Shown here one piece after another: positions 1 to 11,065 of a stretch of 64,000 nt of DNA. Under the pieces are notes generated by a model, which was not told the DNA's origin, ran no database searches, and saw nothing but the letters and a program-made list of their open reading frames with translations. A program made the position numbers and the translations under genes. The number at the start of each line of letters is the position of its first letter. Within the stretch, counting starts at the first letter, position 1. This stretch comes from an uncultured delta proteobacterium (GTDB lineage Bacteria > Desulfobacterota > Binatia > UBA9968): contig CAVTUQ010000019.1 in NCBI GenBank assembly GCA_963737905.1, forward strand, positions 1-64,000. The letters run 5' to 3'.

Positions 1-240
1 AAGCACTGCACGGAGCTGCTCAAGATGCAGAATGACGAAGAGTGGGACTGTTTTTACGATACCCAAGCGGCTTCGCTCGAGGCTAAGCCCTATCCCACCC
101 TGGATGCGATCCAGAATGTTTTTGCCCTGGCACTCAAGCGAGATCCTGAGATCAAGAATTTCAATCCGCTGGCGCTCTGGGACCTTCACTATCTGCGGGA
201 GATTGACGACAGCGGCTATATCAACCGGCTTTACGGGTGA
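1..240 (+). CDS. C-terminal fragment of an NMT1/SsuA-like periplasmic-binding-fold protein (5' end outside window)
   Basis: KPYPTLDAI...PLALWDLHYLREIDDSGYINRLY, matching the C-terminus of the paralogue at 52931..53878. Confidence 0.8.
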   Translation, partial: KHCTELLKMQNDEEWDCFYDTQAASLEAKPYPTLDAIQNVFALALKRDPEIKNFNPLALWDLHYLREIDDSGYINRLYG

Positions 241-391
241 ACAAGTTCGAAGGCTTCTTGTTGCGGCTGTCTGGCGGCTATTATACGCAAAAGGTAGATG
301 TGAGCACCCAATTCCTCTTGTGCGAGGACTAACGAATGCGAGTTATCTTGCCGCAGCAAGAATTTGCGATCCAAGGTGCACAAGATCGGTT

Positions 392-3300
392 TCATCGAAT
401 TCTTCTGTTGTCTCTCCTCAGCAGCGCGTTCCCAAAAGCGATCGTAGATTGGCCACCCGCAACCGTCGTGCTGGTGGTAGCGGTGCTGCCATCAGCAAAA
501 GTCGCTGTCAGATTAAACGTAGAGCCTGGAGGAAAGTAAGTACTGCCGGTGCCGTCCGAGGCAAAGAGACTAAAACTGCTGCCCTCAGATACCGCAAAGT
601 TCACGCCGGCATTGGCAGTGTTGTTGTACAAAGCCCCATCCAAAGAAGCGGCAGCCCCCAACACCCAATAGTTATCCACCGTTGTGTTCCAGATCCCGCC
701 GTTGTCGCTGCGTCGAAGCTCAAGTTTGGTAACTGTCCGATTGCCACTTCCGGCCAGAAGATTCACTGTAAAGGTCGCATCGGCTGAGCCATCTGCGCTG
801 AGCAATCTGTCCCCTCTCCCAACTCGATCCCTCAACTTGCCATCAAAACTTAAAGCAATGTTGGCCGGAGGAGGAGCAGGCACCGTTGCGCTGGCAGTTG
901 CAGTGCTGCCATCGGCAAAGGTCGCGGTCAGATTAAAAGTGGAGCCTGGAGGGAAGTAAGTGCCGCCCGTTCCATCCGAAGCGAAAAGATTGAAACTTCC
1001 GCCCTCAGATACCGCAAAGTTCACAGTGGCATTGGCGGTGTTGTTGTACAGCATCGCATCCAAATTAGCCGCCGCTCCTAACGCCCAAATGGTGTCGGCT
1101 GTCGTATTCCAGATGCCGCCATTGTCGCTGCGTCGAAGCTCAAGTTTGGTAACTGTCCGATTGCCGCTCCCGGCCAGAAGATTCACTGTAAAGGTCGCAT
1201 CGGCTGAGCCATCTGCGCTGAGCAATCTATCCCCTCTCCCAACTCGATCCCTCAACTTGCCATCAAAACTCAAAGCAATGTTAGCTGGAGGAGGAGCAGG
1301 AACCGTTGCGCTGGCAGTTGCGGTGCTGCCATCGGCAAAAGTCGCTGTCAGATTAAAAGTGGAGCCTGGAGGGAAGTAAGTGCTGCCCGTGCCGTCCGAG
1401 GCGAAAAGATTGAAACTTCCGCCCTCAGATACCGCAAAGTTCACGCTGGCATTGGCGGTGTTGTTATACAGGACCGCATCCAAATTAGCCGCCGCCCCTA
1501 ACGCCCAAATGGTGTCGGCTGTCGTATTCCAGATGCCGCCATTGTCGCTGCGTCGAAGCTCAAGTTTGGTGACTGTCCGATTGCCGCTCCCGGCCAGAAG
1601 ATTCACTGTAAAGGTCGCATCGGCTGAGCCATCTGCGCTGAGCAATCTGTCTCCTCTTCCAACTCGATCCCTCAACTTGCCATTGAAGCTCAAGGCGAGA
1701 TTCGGCGGGATGACACCGGCGCCGCTAACGGCTAGCGATGCATCTCCACCGCCTGTAAGATTCACATTCCCTAAGAACGTTTGTGCAGACGTGGGGCTAA
1801 ACCGTATCGTCAGTGTCTGACTCTGGCCGGCATTCAAACTATAAGAACCGCCAGATATGATCGTAAAAGGCATAGTAGTCGTAGCATTTCCAGTGAGCAC
1901 GCCACCTCCGACATTTTTCACTGTAAAGCTTCGATCCGTCGTACCTCCGACGTTGATGCCGCCAAAATTGATCGAACTGGGACTAACGCTGATCAGAGGT
2001 GTGGCAACATTTACTGTCAACAGGTCACCGCCGGGAAACGTGAGTGTGTAAACTCCCGTTGCTAGAGGAGTCCATTCACCTGAATAGATTCCGTCCCCTG
2101 CGGCTTGATCCGATCCAAGACCATCGTCTACAAGCGTAACGATCTCTCCGCCAGGATTGACTGAGACGTCGACATTGCCGTTAGGGTTTGCACAGTTGAT
2201 ATTCAGAACCGAAAGATCGATCGGCGCACCGACTGAGCCGCTGATAGAGTCGCCTATGGGTCTCAGCCGGGAAACCACGTTAGAATTAGTGCAAGTTAAC
2301 GCACTGAAAGCATTGAGACGCTTTTGCGTGATCGTGTTGGTTAATGACGTAACGTTGTCCCCGCCTGCGAGAATAAGATTTTTGATGCTTCTCCAGTCCA
2401 AGCTCGGATCGTGCGCCTGTAACAGCGCTGCTACGCCAGTGACGTGCGGGGTGGCCATCGAAGTACCACTTAGGGACGCATATGAATTTCCGCGAATTGT
2501 ACTTAAGATCTCGCTGCCAGGGGCGCCAACGTGCACGGTTCGCCTGCCGAAGTTGGAAAAGGTGGAGCGAGCGTCGGTCCGTGTCGTAGAGGCTACGCAG
2601 ATAACGTTGGGAAGATAATAATTACAAGGATAGAACGGAGTGGTATCGTTGTTTTGGCCGATGCCGAAAATATTGCCGTTTCCCGCTGCCGTAATGAAGA
2701 GCATTCCCCGTTGTCGGTGGGCTTCGATGGCATCCAACAAAGCCTGCGAAAAACCTCCGCCGCCCCAACTGTTGCTGGTGGCAATGATGTTTAGCCCACG
2801 ATCTTTCATGGTCTTGACGTAATCAAGACAGTCGATGGCATCGGCGATGGTTCCAGATCCGCTGGCATTGACAAACTTGCAAGCCATGATTTTGATGTTC
2901 CAATTTATGCCTACCACACCGGCGCCGTTGTTCCCCACCGCCCCAATGATTCCGGCAACATGGGTTCCGTGATTGTTATCGTCCAGAGGATCCGAGTCGT
3001 TGTTCGCCGTGTCGATGCCGAAACAGTCATCGACAAAACCGTTGCCGTCATCGTCGATTCCATTATTGTTACAGTCAGCCGTGTTACGGAACATGTTGGC
3101 AGCCAGGTCTAGGTGATTATAATCAATCCCCGAGTCAATCACGGCGACGATAACATCGGAGCTCCCGGTTGTGATATCCCAAGCCGCCGATGCATCTATA
3201 TCAGCCTCGGGAGTACCACCCGACTGGCCAACGTTTTGTAGCGCCCATTGCTCACTGAAACGAGTATCGTTTGGTGTATTCGTGGTTCTCACGATGTAGT

Positions 3301-3619
3301 TCGGTTCGGCATAGAGGACATCGGGAGAACGCTGATAAAAATCAATCGCCTCTTTGACCGAGAGGCCTCGAGGCAGTTTGACAAGCTCAAGGCCTGCTAA
3401 ATTCCGAAACACCTTGGCTCGCCTGGCTCCTACCCCGTAATGAGTCATTAACTTCCTATATTCATCGCGTCCACCGCGGAATTTAACGATAAGCTCATCG
3501 TTGATATGCGGCCCGGTCTGGGGATCAGGCGGTTGAGCTGAAAAGCTAAGGGTAATGGGGGTCATTAAAAAGGAGAGCGCAAAATAGGAAAGCAAGAGAA
3601 ATACGTGCCGGTTCCTCAT
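392..3619 (-). CDS. Secreted S8 (subtilisin-like) serine peptidase with C-terminal Ig-like domains and three tandem 140-aa repeats
   Basis: Catalytic triad motifs VAVIDSG, HGTHVAG, GTSMATP; signal-peptide-like N-terminus from ATG 3619 with upstream AGGAGG; DDG..D..AGDGIYSG and ISVSPSSINFG..V anchor/Ig-like segments. Confidence 0.93.
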   Translation of the reverse strand: MRNRHVFLLLSYFALSFLMTPITLSFSAQPPDPQTGPHINDELIVKFRGGRDEYRKLMTHYGVGARRAKVFRNLAGLELVKLPRGLSVKEAIDFYQRSPDVLYAEPNYIVRTTNTPNDTRFSEQWALQNVGQSGGTPEADIDASAAWDITTGSSDVIVAVIDSGIDYNHLDLAANMFRNTADCNNNGIDDDGNGFVDDCFGIDTANNDSDPLDDNNHGTHVAGIIGAVGNNGAGVVGINWNIKIMACKFVNASGSGTIADAIDCLDYVKTMKDRGLNIIATSNSWGGGGFSQALLDAIEAHRQRGMLFITAAGNGNIFGIGQNNDTTPFYPCNYYLPNVICVASTTRTDARSTFSNFGRRTVHVGAPGSEILSTIRGNSYASLSGTSMATPHVTGVAALLQAHDPSLDWRSIKNLILAGGDNVTSLTNTITQKRLNAFSALTCTNSNVVSRLRPIGDSISGSVGAPIDLSVLNINCANPNGNVDVSVNPGGEIVTLVDDGLGSDQAAGDGIYSGEWTPLATGVYTLTFPGGDLLTVNVATPLISVSPSSINFGGINVGGTTDRSFTVKNVGGGVLTGNATTTMPFTIISGGSYSLNAGQSQTLTIRFSPTSAQTFLGNVNLTGGGDASLAVSGAGVIPPNLALSFNGKLRDRVGRGDRLLSADGSADATFTVNLLAGSGNRTVTKLELRRSDNGGIWNTTADTIWALGAAANLDAVLYNNTANASVNFAVSEGGSFNLFASDGTGSTYFPPGSTFNLTATFADGSTATASATVPAPPPANIALSFDGKLRDRVGRGDRLLSADGSADATFTVNLLAGSGNRTVTKLELRRSDNGGIWNTTADTIWALGAAANLDAMLYNNTANATVNFAVSEGGSFNLFASDGTGGTYFPPGSTFNLTATFADGSTATASATVPAPPPANIALSFDGKLRDRVGRGDRLLSADGSADATFTVNLLAGSGNRTVTKLELRRSDNGGIWNTTVDNYWVLGAAASLDGALYNNTANAGVNFAVSEGSSFSLFASDGTGSTYFPPGSTFNLTATFADGSTATTSTTVAGGQSTIAFGNALLRRDNRRIR
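460..1702 (-). repeat. Three tandem 420-bp (140-aa) intragenic repeats
   Basis: Units begin at 1702, 1282 and 862 (N[L/I]ALSF[N/D]GKLRDRVGRGD...); near-identical DNA with exact 420-bp period. Confidence 0.97.
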
Positions 3620-4264
3620 AGAAACCTCCTGACATTTCTCGTTCGCTGTTTTTGGAGCAAGATACATTCCACCCGTCTGGCGAAAACATTTCGGCAAAGT
3701 GTCATCGAATTGCGCTGCTTGTCACACAACCACTGCGTCTCTTTGTTTCTTCACATCCATCTCTTGCTTTTGATCGACGCCAAGTGATAACCGTCATCGT
3801 CAACTTTGGAGTGACAGTTCGTCATTGTCGGCGACGAGATACATGTCGAACGGAGAAATGTCAAACGCAGAAATTTTCCGAGCGAGCAAACTCAAGCCGT
3901 TTATGCACAAGAAGGGAAAAAACTGGTCAATCCTACCGAGCACAGGCTGGACGGCGCTGAGTCCCCTGAGAAAGAGCGAGGAGACCAATCGCTATTTTGC
4001 GGCTAGCGATTGAGCAGCCAAACAAGCGCACTTGTAGCAGGGCCGAAGTAAAAAGATGGAAGGTGACTGGCTTATGACGGTAGCGCAATCATTGAATCAT
4101 TTCGTCGTTCGCGTCGATGAATTGGTTGTAGCCAGAAGAATTCTACGTAAGAGTTTCGGCGACCGGATCACGCGCCGTAGCTGTACGGGTAGATTTGGCT
4201 ACATGCTGATACGGGAAATGATTGCATGCCGACGGGGGAGATTTTCCCAGAAGTTGGTCGGGTT

Positions 4265-5906
4265 TTATTTACACAGACTTAGTGGATAGGGCTTCAATTC
4301 AGGCATTGAGTCATCCGCGTCTACTTCTAATAACCATAGCCGATGGAATTGGAAGTACTCTGCGAGTTGACAGTCTTGCCTGCTGTTCATTGCGCGAGCA
4401 AAGATCACTTTCGCGCTGTCTATGTCTGCCTCGTTATATACCCACTCGTCGTGAAATGAATGCCCGGGTCCATAGCTCACGATAATCAAATGCTTTCCGT
4501 CCTCCTGTTTCAGTTGCTTGAGTAAGTGTGCGCGCTGATCCTGCCAACTGGATGAGCTGTCGTTCTCGATAGTTCTGTACAAAGACACCAGCAGCACGGC
4601 GATAGCCAAAAGCGGAGTTAGCCATAACATGAATGGCCCGGTCTTTCGGTTTCGCCATCGCGCCAACCGCAACGCGTTTAGGACGAAATAATAGTTGAGG
4701 CCAATGATCGGTGCTAAATAGTGTGGCCATTTGAACGTTTCCGTTACCAAGCCCAGAATCAAAACGAAATAGATCAGAAAAGCACGGCGCGCCCAGGGAT
4801 TCCGTAGCGTCCAGAGAAGCAACACACGATAAACAATTATTACCGGTATCAGAAAAATATTAACGGTCAGGAATCCTAAAGAAAACAGCGCATACACATC
4901 ATCTAATTAGGAAGCCAGAAATCGAGCGCTGGCTTGTATAGAACGGAAGGGCATAGGTCGCGTGGAAATCATGGATGACTTTATGGCGATATTCTGGTTC
5001 CGGAGAAAGCTTTTGCCAAAGAAAGACGGGAGCCATGCCGTATGTTTCTTCGTGAATTTGATACGGCATGCGCAAGGGGTTTCCCGTTACGCGTAGATTG
5101 TAAAATCCCATTGCTGTAATTGTGAGAACGAGAATAAAAAGGATAGGTAGTGCAATTGTTCTGATAGAAACCCGCAGCTCCTGCCCGCGCCGGCTGCTGA
5201 TTCGAATCATCAGAAAAATTCCTCCCGCCAGGCTAACGAGCATTCCCTCAAATGGACGACTATTCGCTAGGATTGCCAACCCGATCCCCGTGAGCAAAGA
5301 ATCGCAAATACGGGACTGGCGCATAAGACGCTTTATCCCGCCAAGCACCAAAGCTCCTCCTGTTGCCGCAACCGCCCCGCCCCAGTAACTTTGCGCCCAA
5401 TACCCAGCCATCCCCAGGGTCGGGTTAATCATCGCGAGGACAGTACCTAAAACGGCCCAGCGGGGCGAGACCCACGCATACAACATCCAACATATAGCTG
5501 CGCACATCAGTCCGAAACTCATCCATACGCCAACGATGGGGTGTCCTCCCACAACTTGACCGGTGGCCAAGACGAGTCCTTGAGCGGGTGGATATTTGGA
5601 CATGTACGTTGGCTGTTGGATGATATGAAAGCTTTCAAAATGAACCCACATCGGATGGGTGGGATTCGTTAACCGTCCATGGGCGAATGTGTCAGCCGCA
5701 AGCAAGTAGCTAAATTCATCGTGGATCTTGGGCTCCGAAATACCCACGACCAGCCCAACGGCAGCGCTGCTACCGAAACCGGCTAGTCCTAACAAGACCA
5801 CACATAACCATCGCCGACCTGCGATACGCCCGAGCTTACTCAATTCGAGATGCAACCGTAACTTTGCGTGTGGTGGGATTGAGGAAAGTGCGATCAAGCG
5901 CGCCAT
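4265..5906 (-). CDS. Polytopic membrane protein, probable GT-C fold glycosyltransferase (split by a frameshift near 4898)
   Basis: ORFs 4899..5930 and 4265..4897 abut; N-terminal HDEFSY acidic motif after TM1, KYPP motif, many TM helices; co-oriented with GT2; start uncertain. Confidence 0.7.
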
Positions 5907-5942
5907 AAAACAGAGCCCCCGCTCTTCCAAGCTCGTCGCCGG

Positions 5943-6645
5943 CTACGAAGGTTTGCGGCAAAGAACTTGATATTGCGCACCGAAGGGGAGTCGTGAGCAA
6001 AGGGGTTCGATGCGGCGACACCAATGGAGAATTCTGGGAAAGATAAACAAAAAATCTGTTCGGAGAATGTCGAACCCGCCAAGTCGAAGCAAGTGTCGAG
6101 CTTCGGGAGGAGGAAAGGGTGATGGCATCTCGATCGAAAGGAATTCGGCTCATCACATAACGAGTGCCCGGATTCCAAGGATTGTTTTCCCAAAACGCGA
6201 ACAATCCACCCGCACGCAACGATCGTAAAACGTAGTCGATTGCGGGAGCGCGGTCCAAAGGGGGAATATGATGAAAGACACCATTGCAGAACACCACATC
6301 GAATTGACCGCGGGGTTGATATTCATCAAACAAAAAGAAATGGGCGCGTTCCGATCCGTGCTGCCGCCTCGCGACGTCCAAAGATTTCGGCGACTGATCT
6401 GTACCGACAAAATCCTCGACGCCGAGTAGGTCAAAAAACAATGGCGAGCTTGAACCCGTGCCGCAGCCAAAATCCATGAGCCTTGTGACCGGAGCTGAAA
6501 GTGGTTGTAAGCAATCGCGAAGCCATTCGATGCGCCGTTGCGCGAAATAGTCCTTTTGCTCACCCGATACGGAAATTCCGCGGGCTAAGGCGACATCATA
6601 ATCGTCAGCATAGACATCAAATATTGTGCGGCCATTTTCCGTCAT
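5943..6645 (-). CDS. Class I SAM-dependent methyltransferase (frameshift near 6110)
   Basis: LMDFGCGTG motif I, FDVVFCNGVFHH; C-terminus continues in ORF 5943..6128 (..LPFGAQYQV); ATG 6645 overlaps the GT2 stop (ATGA). Confidence 0.85.
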
Positions 6646-7853
6646 CGCCGGCGCATTCCTAAAATGCTCACGAAAAAACTTGAAAGAATCGTCTGAAACC
6701 CGAGCGCTGTGAGAGTTGCTCCTGGGACAACCAGTCGCATGGTTTGTGCGTAATCCAGGTGTCCGAAGCCTGTCAGTCGCCAATGGTTGATTGCCATGAC
6801 TAACAGGCCGACGCCGACAAGAAGAGCGATCGACGAAACGATTAATCCTCTTTCTAGATTTACGAATTCGAAGAAACGATTCATTCGAGGATCTTCGGGC
6901 AAGAGTCCATCGCTGATGGCAAAGGTCTTGGTCAAGATTGCAAAGACGATGGACTGATAACCGCAGAGGATGGCCAAGCTAGCAAACAATAACGTATGAG
7001 CGTCAAAAGTCATTCCATTGAGCGTCATACCGGGCATTGCGATCCCGTACCCCGTCATACCGAGAAGGATCAACAGGATACCCGGAACTAGAAACAGCCA
7101 GCGCGGACTGCAGATAAAGAAAAGCCGTATCGTCCGCCAGCCGTCACGAAAAGTCCGAAGGTGGGGAGCGCGATCCTTTCGTCCGTCGGGATGAAGAGTG
7201 ATCGGGACCTCGGCGATTTTCGCTCTGTATAGGCTGGCCTTGATGATCATTTCGGTGGCGAATTCCATCCCCGTACAACGTTGATCAAGCAAAAAATAAA
7301 CATCTTTTCTGAAGCCACGCAGTCCGCAATACACGTCGTGCAAGGGTGATCTGAACCACCATCGGGCGAGAAACGAGAACATGGGATTTCCCCATACTCG
7401 ATGAAGAAACGGCATGGCGCCTCGCTTTACGATCCCGCCGCCGGCAGGAAGACGGCACCCTTGGACGATATCGAATCCTTCACGAAGTTTCTCCACGAAC
7501 TTCGGAGTCTCCAGGAAATCATAGCTGTCGTCAGCATCGCCCATGATGATATATTTCCCTCGGGCAGCCAGAATCCCACCCATGAGGGCGCTGCCATATC
7601 CTCTCTCTCTTATATTGATCAGGCGGGCGCCGAGCTTCGTCGCGATCGCCTGACTTCCATCGGTGCTTCCATTGTCGGCAACGATGATTTCTCCTGCTAT
7701 TTCTTGTTCATTTAGTGCTCGTCTGGCTTTGCCGATGCACGCCGCAAGGGTATCTGCCTCGTTGAGGCAAGGCATGATGATTGAGACTTCCGGGAAGTTT
7801 TCGTCAGTTGCGGGGATTTGGTTTGCTATTGCTTCCATCAGCATTGGTGACAT
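6642..7853 (-). CDS. Glycosyltransferase family 2, DPM synthase-like, with C-terminal TM helices
   Basis: VSIIMPCLNE, IVADNGSTDGS, GYG.AL, MGDADDSYD DxD motif; hydrophobic C-terminus. Confidence 0.92.
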   Translation of the reverse strand: MSPMLMEAIANQIPATDENFPEVSIIMPCLNEADTLAACIGKARRALNEQEIAGEIIVADNGSTDGSQAIATKLGARLINIRERGYGSALMGGILAARGKYIIMGDADDSYDFLETPKFVEKLREGFDIVQGCRLPAGGGIVKRGAMPFLHRVWGNPMFSFLARWWFRSPLHDVYCGLRGFRKDVYFLLDQRCTGMEFATEMIIKASLYRAKIAEVPITLHPDGRKDRAPHLRTFRDGWRTIRLFFICSPRWLFLVPGILLILLGMTGYGIAMPGMTLNGMTFDAHTLLFASLAILCGYQSIVFAILTKTFAISDGLLPEDPRMNRFFEFVNLERGLIVSSIALLVGVGLLVMAINHWRLTGFGHLDYAQTMRLVVPGATLTALGFQTILSSFFVSILGMRRR

Positions 7854-8132
7854 ACCGGTGTATCTTCAGTACACATGCAAATTATAGGTTATCCCGCACT
7901 GCCCGGAAAGTTTTTTAAGAGTCGCTCTCGTTCTCTAGGACGATAGAAAGGACGAGGCTGTTTTACACGAATGAAAGCCAATGTGAATGGAGGAGCAGGA
8001 GGGCACGATTGCAAGCGCTAACGGCATTGAGTTATGTTGCCTAAACAAAGGGTAACAGAGAACCAATTTAGGCGGGCGAATAAGAGCCGCGGAATTGCTG
8101 AGTGACAGCGAATCTAGGAGGAGAAACAGCGC

Positions 8133-9173
8133 ATGCGATTTGGGACTTTCAGTTACAATCAGGCACGACCCTGGGTGCCGGAGCGCCAGGCCTTTGAGGA
8201 ACTGCTGGAGCAGATTGAACTCACCGAGCGGCTGGGTTTCGACGAGGCCTGGTTCGCCGAGCATCATCATTCGGACTACGGCATGTTGGCGTCTCCCAAT
8301 TTGATTATCGCCGCCCTTGCTCCTCGTACCCGGCGGCTCCGCCTTGGGAACCTGGTCAATGCCCTGCCCCTCCACGACCCGATGCGCCTCGCAGAAGAGT
8401 GCGCGACCCTGGACATCCTCACCGGTGGAAGACTGAACGTAGGGCTCGGTCGCGGAGTGCCGCGCGATGACCTCAAACATGGGCTCGATCGCGATACGGC
8501 GCAGGCGCGCTTCGAAGAGGGAATCGAGATTCTTCTGCGCGCGTGGTCAGAAAACACCTTCACGTACTCCGGCAAGGCTTGGAACTATGTTGATATCGTG
8601 TGCCGTCCACGGCCGCTGCAGCGACCGCACCCGCCGATCTACTATGGTGCTACTTCGCCCGAGAGCCCGGCGATGGTGGCGCGCCGGGGCTGGAACCTGG
8701 CCCTGTCACGCCAGCCGCTGGCAAACTGCGCACGCGCCATCACATCCTATCGAGCGGAGCGGGCCGCGCATGGCAAAGCGGATCGCGGAGACGCGATTAT
8801 GGTGCGGGATGTCTATGTTGCCGAGACCGACGAGCAGGCATGGAAGGAGGCTCCCCCGCAAATCACTCGCTTTTGGCAATTGGCTACGGATAATGTCTGG
8901 CGCGGCGAGTCCATCGCCACGGACGATCTTCCCAAGTTTACCGAGCGCTTTCCCTATTTTCCCGGCGGTTTAACCGTGAAGCGACTCGACGAATGGGGAA
9001 CCTCGCTCATCGGCAGCCCCGAAACAGTCGTCAAAAAGGCGCGTTCAATGATCGAAACGGCAAAACCGGACAGCCTGGTCGGCATGTTCAGTTTCGGCGG
9101 CCTGAGCCACGAGCAGGTGACGCGATCCATCGAGCTGTTTGCCACCAAAGTGATGCCGGCCCTGGGAGCGTAA
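8133..9173 (+). CDS. LLM class flavin-dependent oxidoreductase (luciferase-like)
   Basis: GFDEAWFAEHH, PMRLAEE.ATLD.L.GGRL..GLGRG, P.QRPHPPI motifs. Confidence 0.92.
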   Translation: MRFGTFSYNQARPWVPERQAFEELLEQIELTERLGFDEAWFAEHHHSDYGMLASPNLIIAALAPRTRRLRLGNLVNALPLHDPMRLAEECATLDILTGGRLNVGLGRGVPRDDLKHGLDRDTAQARFEEGIEILLRAWSENTFTYSGKAWNYVDIVCRPRPLQRPHPPIYYGATSPESPAMVARRGWNLALSRQPLANCARAITSYRAERAAHGKADRGDAIMVRDVYVAETDEQAWKEAPPQITRFWQLATDNVWRGESIATDDLPKFTERFPYFPGGLTVKRLDEWGTSLIGSPETVVKKARSMIETAKPDSLVGMFSFGGLSHEQVTRSIELFATKVMPALGA

Positions 9174-10673
9174 TCAAAGCCCCGTCGTGCTCGCAGGCGG
9201 CCGGCGATAATGGGTCGCTTGTTCGTAGGCGTAGGCAAACTTGATCAAATTGCCATCGTCGTAAGGCCGTCCAATAAAGCAAACCCCCGCCGGGAGGTTG
9301 TCGCGCGTGAAACCGGCGGGGACGACGATGGTCGGAACATAGACCAAAAACGTGTTCAGATGCGGCGCGCCTTTTTGGTCGACGAAGGGCGGGTTGACGC
9401 CGTCCTTGATCAAGGTCGGTTGATGTTCGACGGCTTTGTGTACGATCGCATCAAGCTTGTGATCGGCCATGACCTTCAAGAAAATCGTCATCAATTCCTC
9501 TTGCGCTCTGAGACTCTCGTAATGTTTCGCCGCATCCGGATTTCTCTTGAACCGATCTTGCGAGCGTTTGACGACTTTGGCGAAGTCAGGTGAAGCGATG
9601 ACCTCTTCAGGCGTCTTGAACGGCGGATTGGCGCTCCGGCCGTAATAATTCCTAAACGATTGATCCGTTTCGCCCGGTCCTCCTGAACGTTTGGCGAGCA
9701 GTTCTTTCACTTTGGGAATGACGACTGGGTCGATGACCTCGGCGCCGGCGGCTTTGAATTCGACTACGGCTCTGTCAAAAACCTCCGAGATTTTCTTGAA
9801 GTCTTCCGAATCCGGCTCAGCATTGAGGCCGATCGACTCACGCAAGATACCCAGGCGCGCACCTTTAAGTCCATCTTTGTTCAGAAACTTTGTGAACGTG
9901 TCGGGAATATGGCCGACGCCGCGCGCTGTGATCGGATCTTCCGGATCGTAGCCTACCATGACGTCTAACAGCGTCGCCAAATCCTTCACGCTGCGCGCCA
10001 TGGGGCCGAGCGAGCCGAAAATTTCCGGCCAACAGCCGTAAACGCCGCCGCGGCTGACGAGACCCGCCGACGGGCGCATGCCGGTGATGCCGTTCCAGGT
10101 CGACGGCCGGCGGATCGATGCCAAGCCTTCCTGTCCCACGCCCACCGTTGAGAAATTTGCTGAAACCGACGCGGCGGAACCGCCGGACGAACCGCCCACC
10201 GTCCGTTCCGTGTCGTACGGGTTGCGGGTCGACCCGAAAAGCGAACCGTGCGTGTCGCCGCCGCCGAGTTCACCGAGCGTCGCTTTCGCCAAAATAACCG
10301 CGCCCGCATTTTTCAATTTTTCCGCGACGAAGGAGTCGCGGTCGGGATAATAGTTTTTGAACAACACCGAGCCGAGGGTGGTCGGCATGCCTTTGACGTC
10401 GGCCTGGTCTTTTACGATCACGGGAATGCCATGCAGCGGACCCACCGGGCCGGAAGCTTTGTACGCCGCATCGAGGCGGTCAGCTTCTTCGAGCGCGTCG
10501 GAATTGATCGTGATAATCGCGTTGATGGCCGGGCCTTTTTTGTCGAACGCTTCGATACGGTCGAGATACATCTGGATCAGCTGGCGACAAGTAAGTTGGC
10601 CGGATTTGTAAGCGGCGTGGATATCTTCGATGGTCGCCTCGACAACATTGAACGGCGCGTTGGATTGAGCCAT
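9174..10673 (-). CDS. Amidase signature family protein
   Basis: GPLHGIPVIVKD, GGSSGGSAASV, SIRRP; ATG 10673 with GAGGAG RBS. Confidence 0.92.
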   Translation of the reverse strand: MAQSNAPFNVVEATIEDIHAAYKSGQLTCRQLIQMYLDRIEAFDKKGPAINAIITINSDALEEADRLDAAYKASGPVGPLHGIPVIVKDQADVKGMPTTLGSVLFKNYYPDRDSFVAEKLKNAGAVILAKATLGELGGGDTHGSLFGSTRNPYDTERTVGGSSGGSAASVSANFSTVGVGQEGLASIRRPSTWNGITGMRPSAGLVSRGGVYGCWPEIFGSLGPMARSVKDLATLLDVMVGYDPEDPITARGVGHIPDTFTKFLNKDGLKGARLGILRESIGLNAEPDSEDFKKISEVFDRAVVEFKAAGAEVIDPVVIPKVKELLAKRSGGPGETDQSFRNYYGRSANPPFKTPEEVIASPDFAKVVKRSQDRFKRNPDAAKHYESLRAQEELMTIFLKVMADHKLDAIVHKAVEHQPTLIKDGVNPPFVDQKGAPHLNTFLVYVPTIVVPAGFTRDNLPAGVCFIGRPYDDGNLIKFAYAYEQATHYRRPPASTTGL

Positions 10674-11065
10674 GGGAAACCTCCTCGTCATTGGAAAAGG
10701 TTGCGTCCATCCTTGATATTCAAACGCGGCGAAAATGTCCAGGGTTGATACCGCGAAAGGGGAGATCGGGTCAGTGGGAAAGATTTAACCGTGGTTTGAC
10801 GGACGGCTACGTCTCCTCGGACTTTTGGTTCATCTCCGCAGCGTGCTCTGCGCTGCTCTCCGGATTCTGTACGCCGAACAGATCTGAGTCAGACATCCAC
10901 TCCTAGGATTCAATGTCTCGGAAGGCTAGGGCGGCATCGTAGAGGTTTTTCCAAATCGGGAGAGGGCAAGACGGTATGTTCATAAGTAAGATTTTCTGTA
11001 TGGATACTTAGCATCTATATTCGAATGGTCGGCGTTCGAGAGGGTAACTCTGATGGCACCTGCGT

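Noticed and set aside
460-1702. CRISPR array or other non-coding repeat
   Set aside because: The repeats are 420-bp in-frame coding units without spacers; no cas genes.
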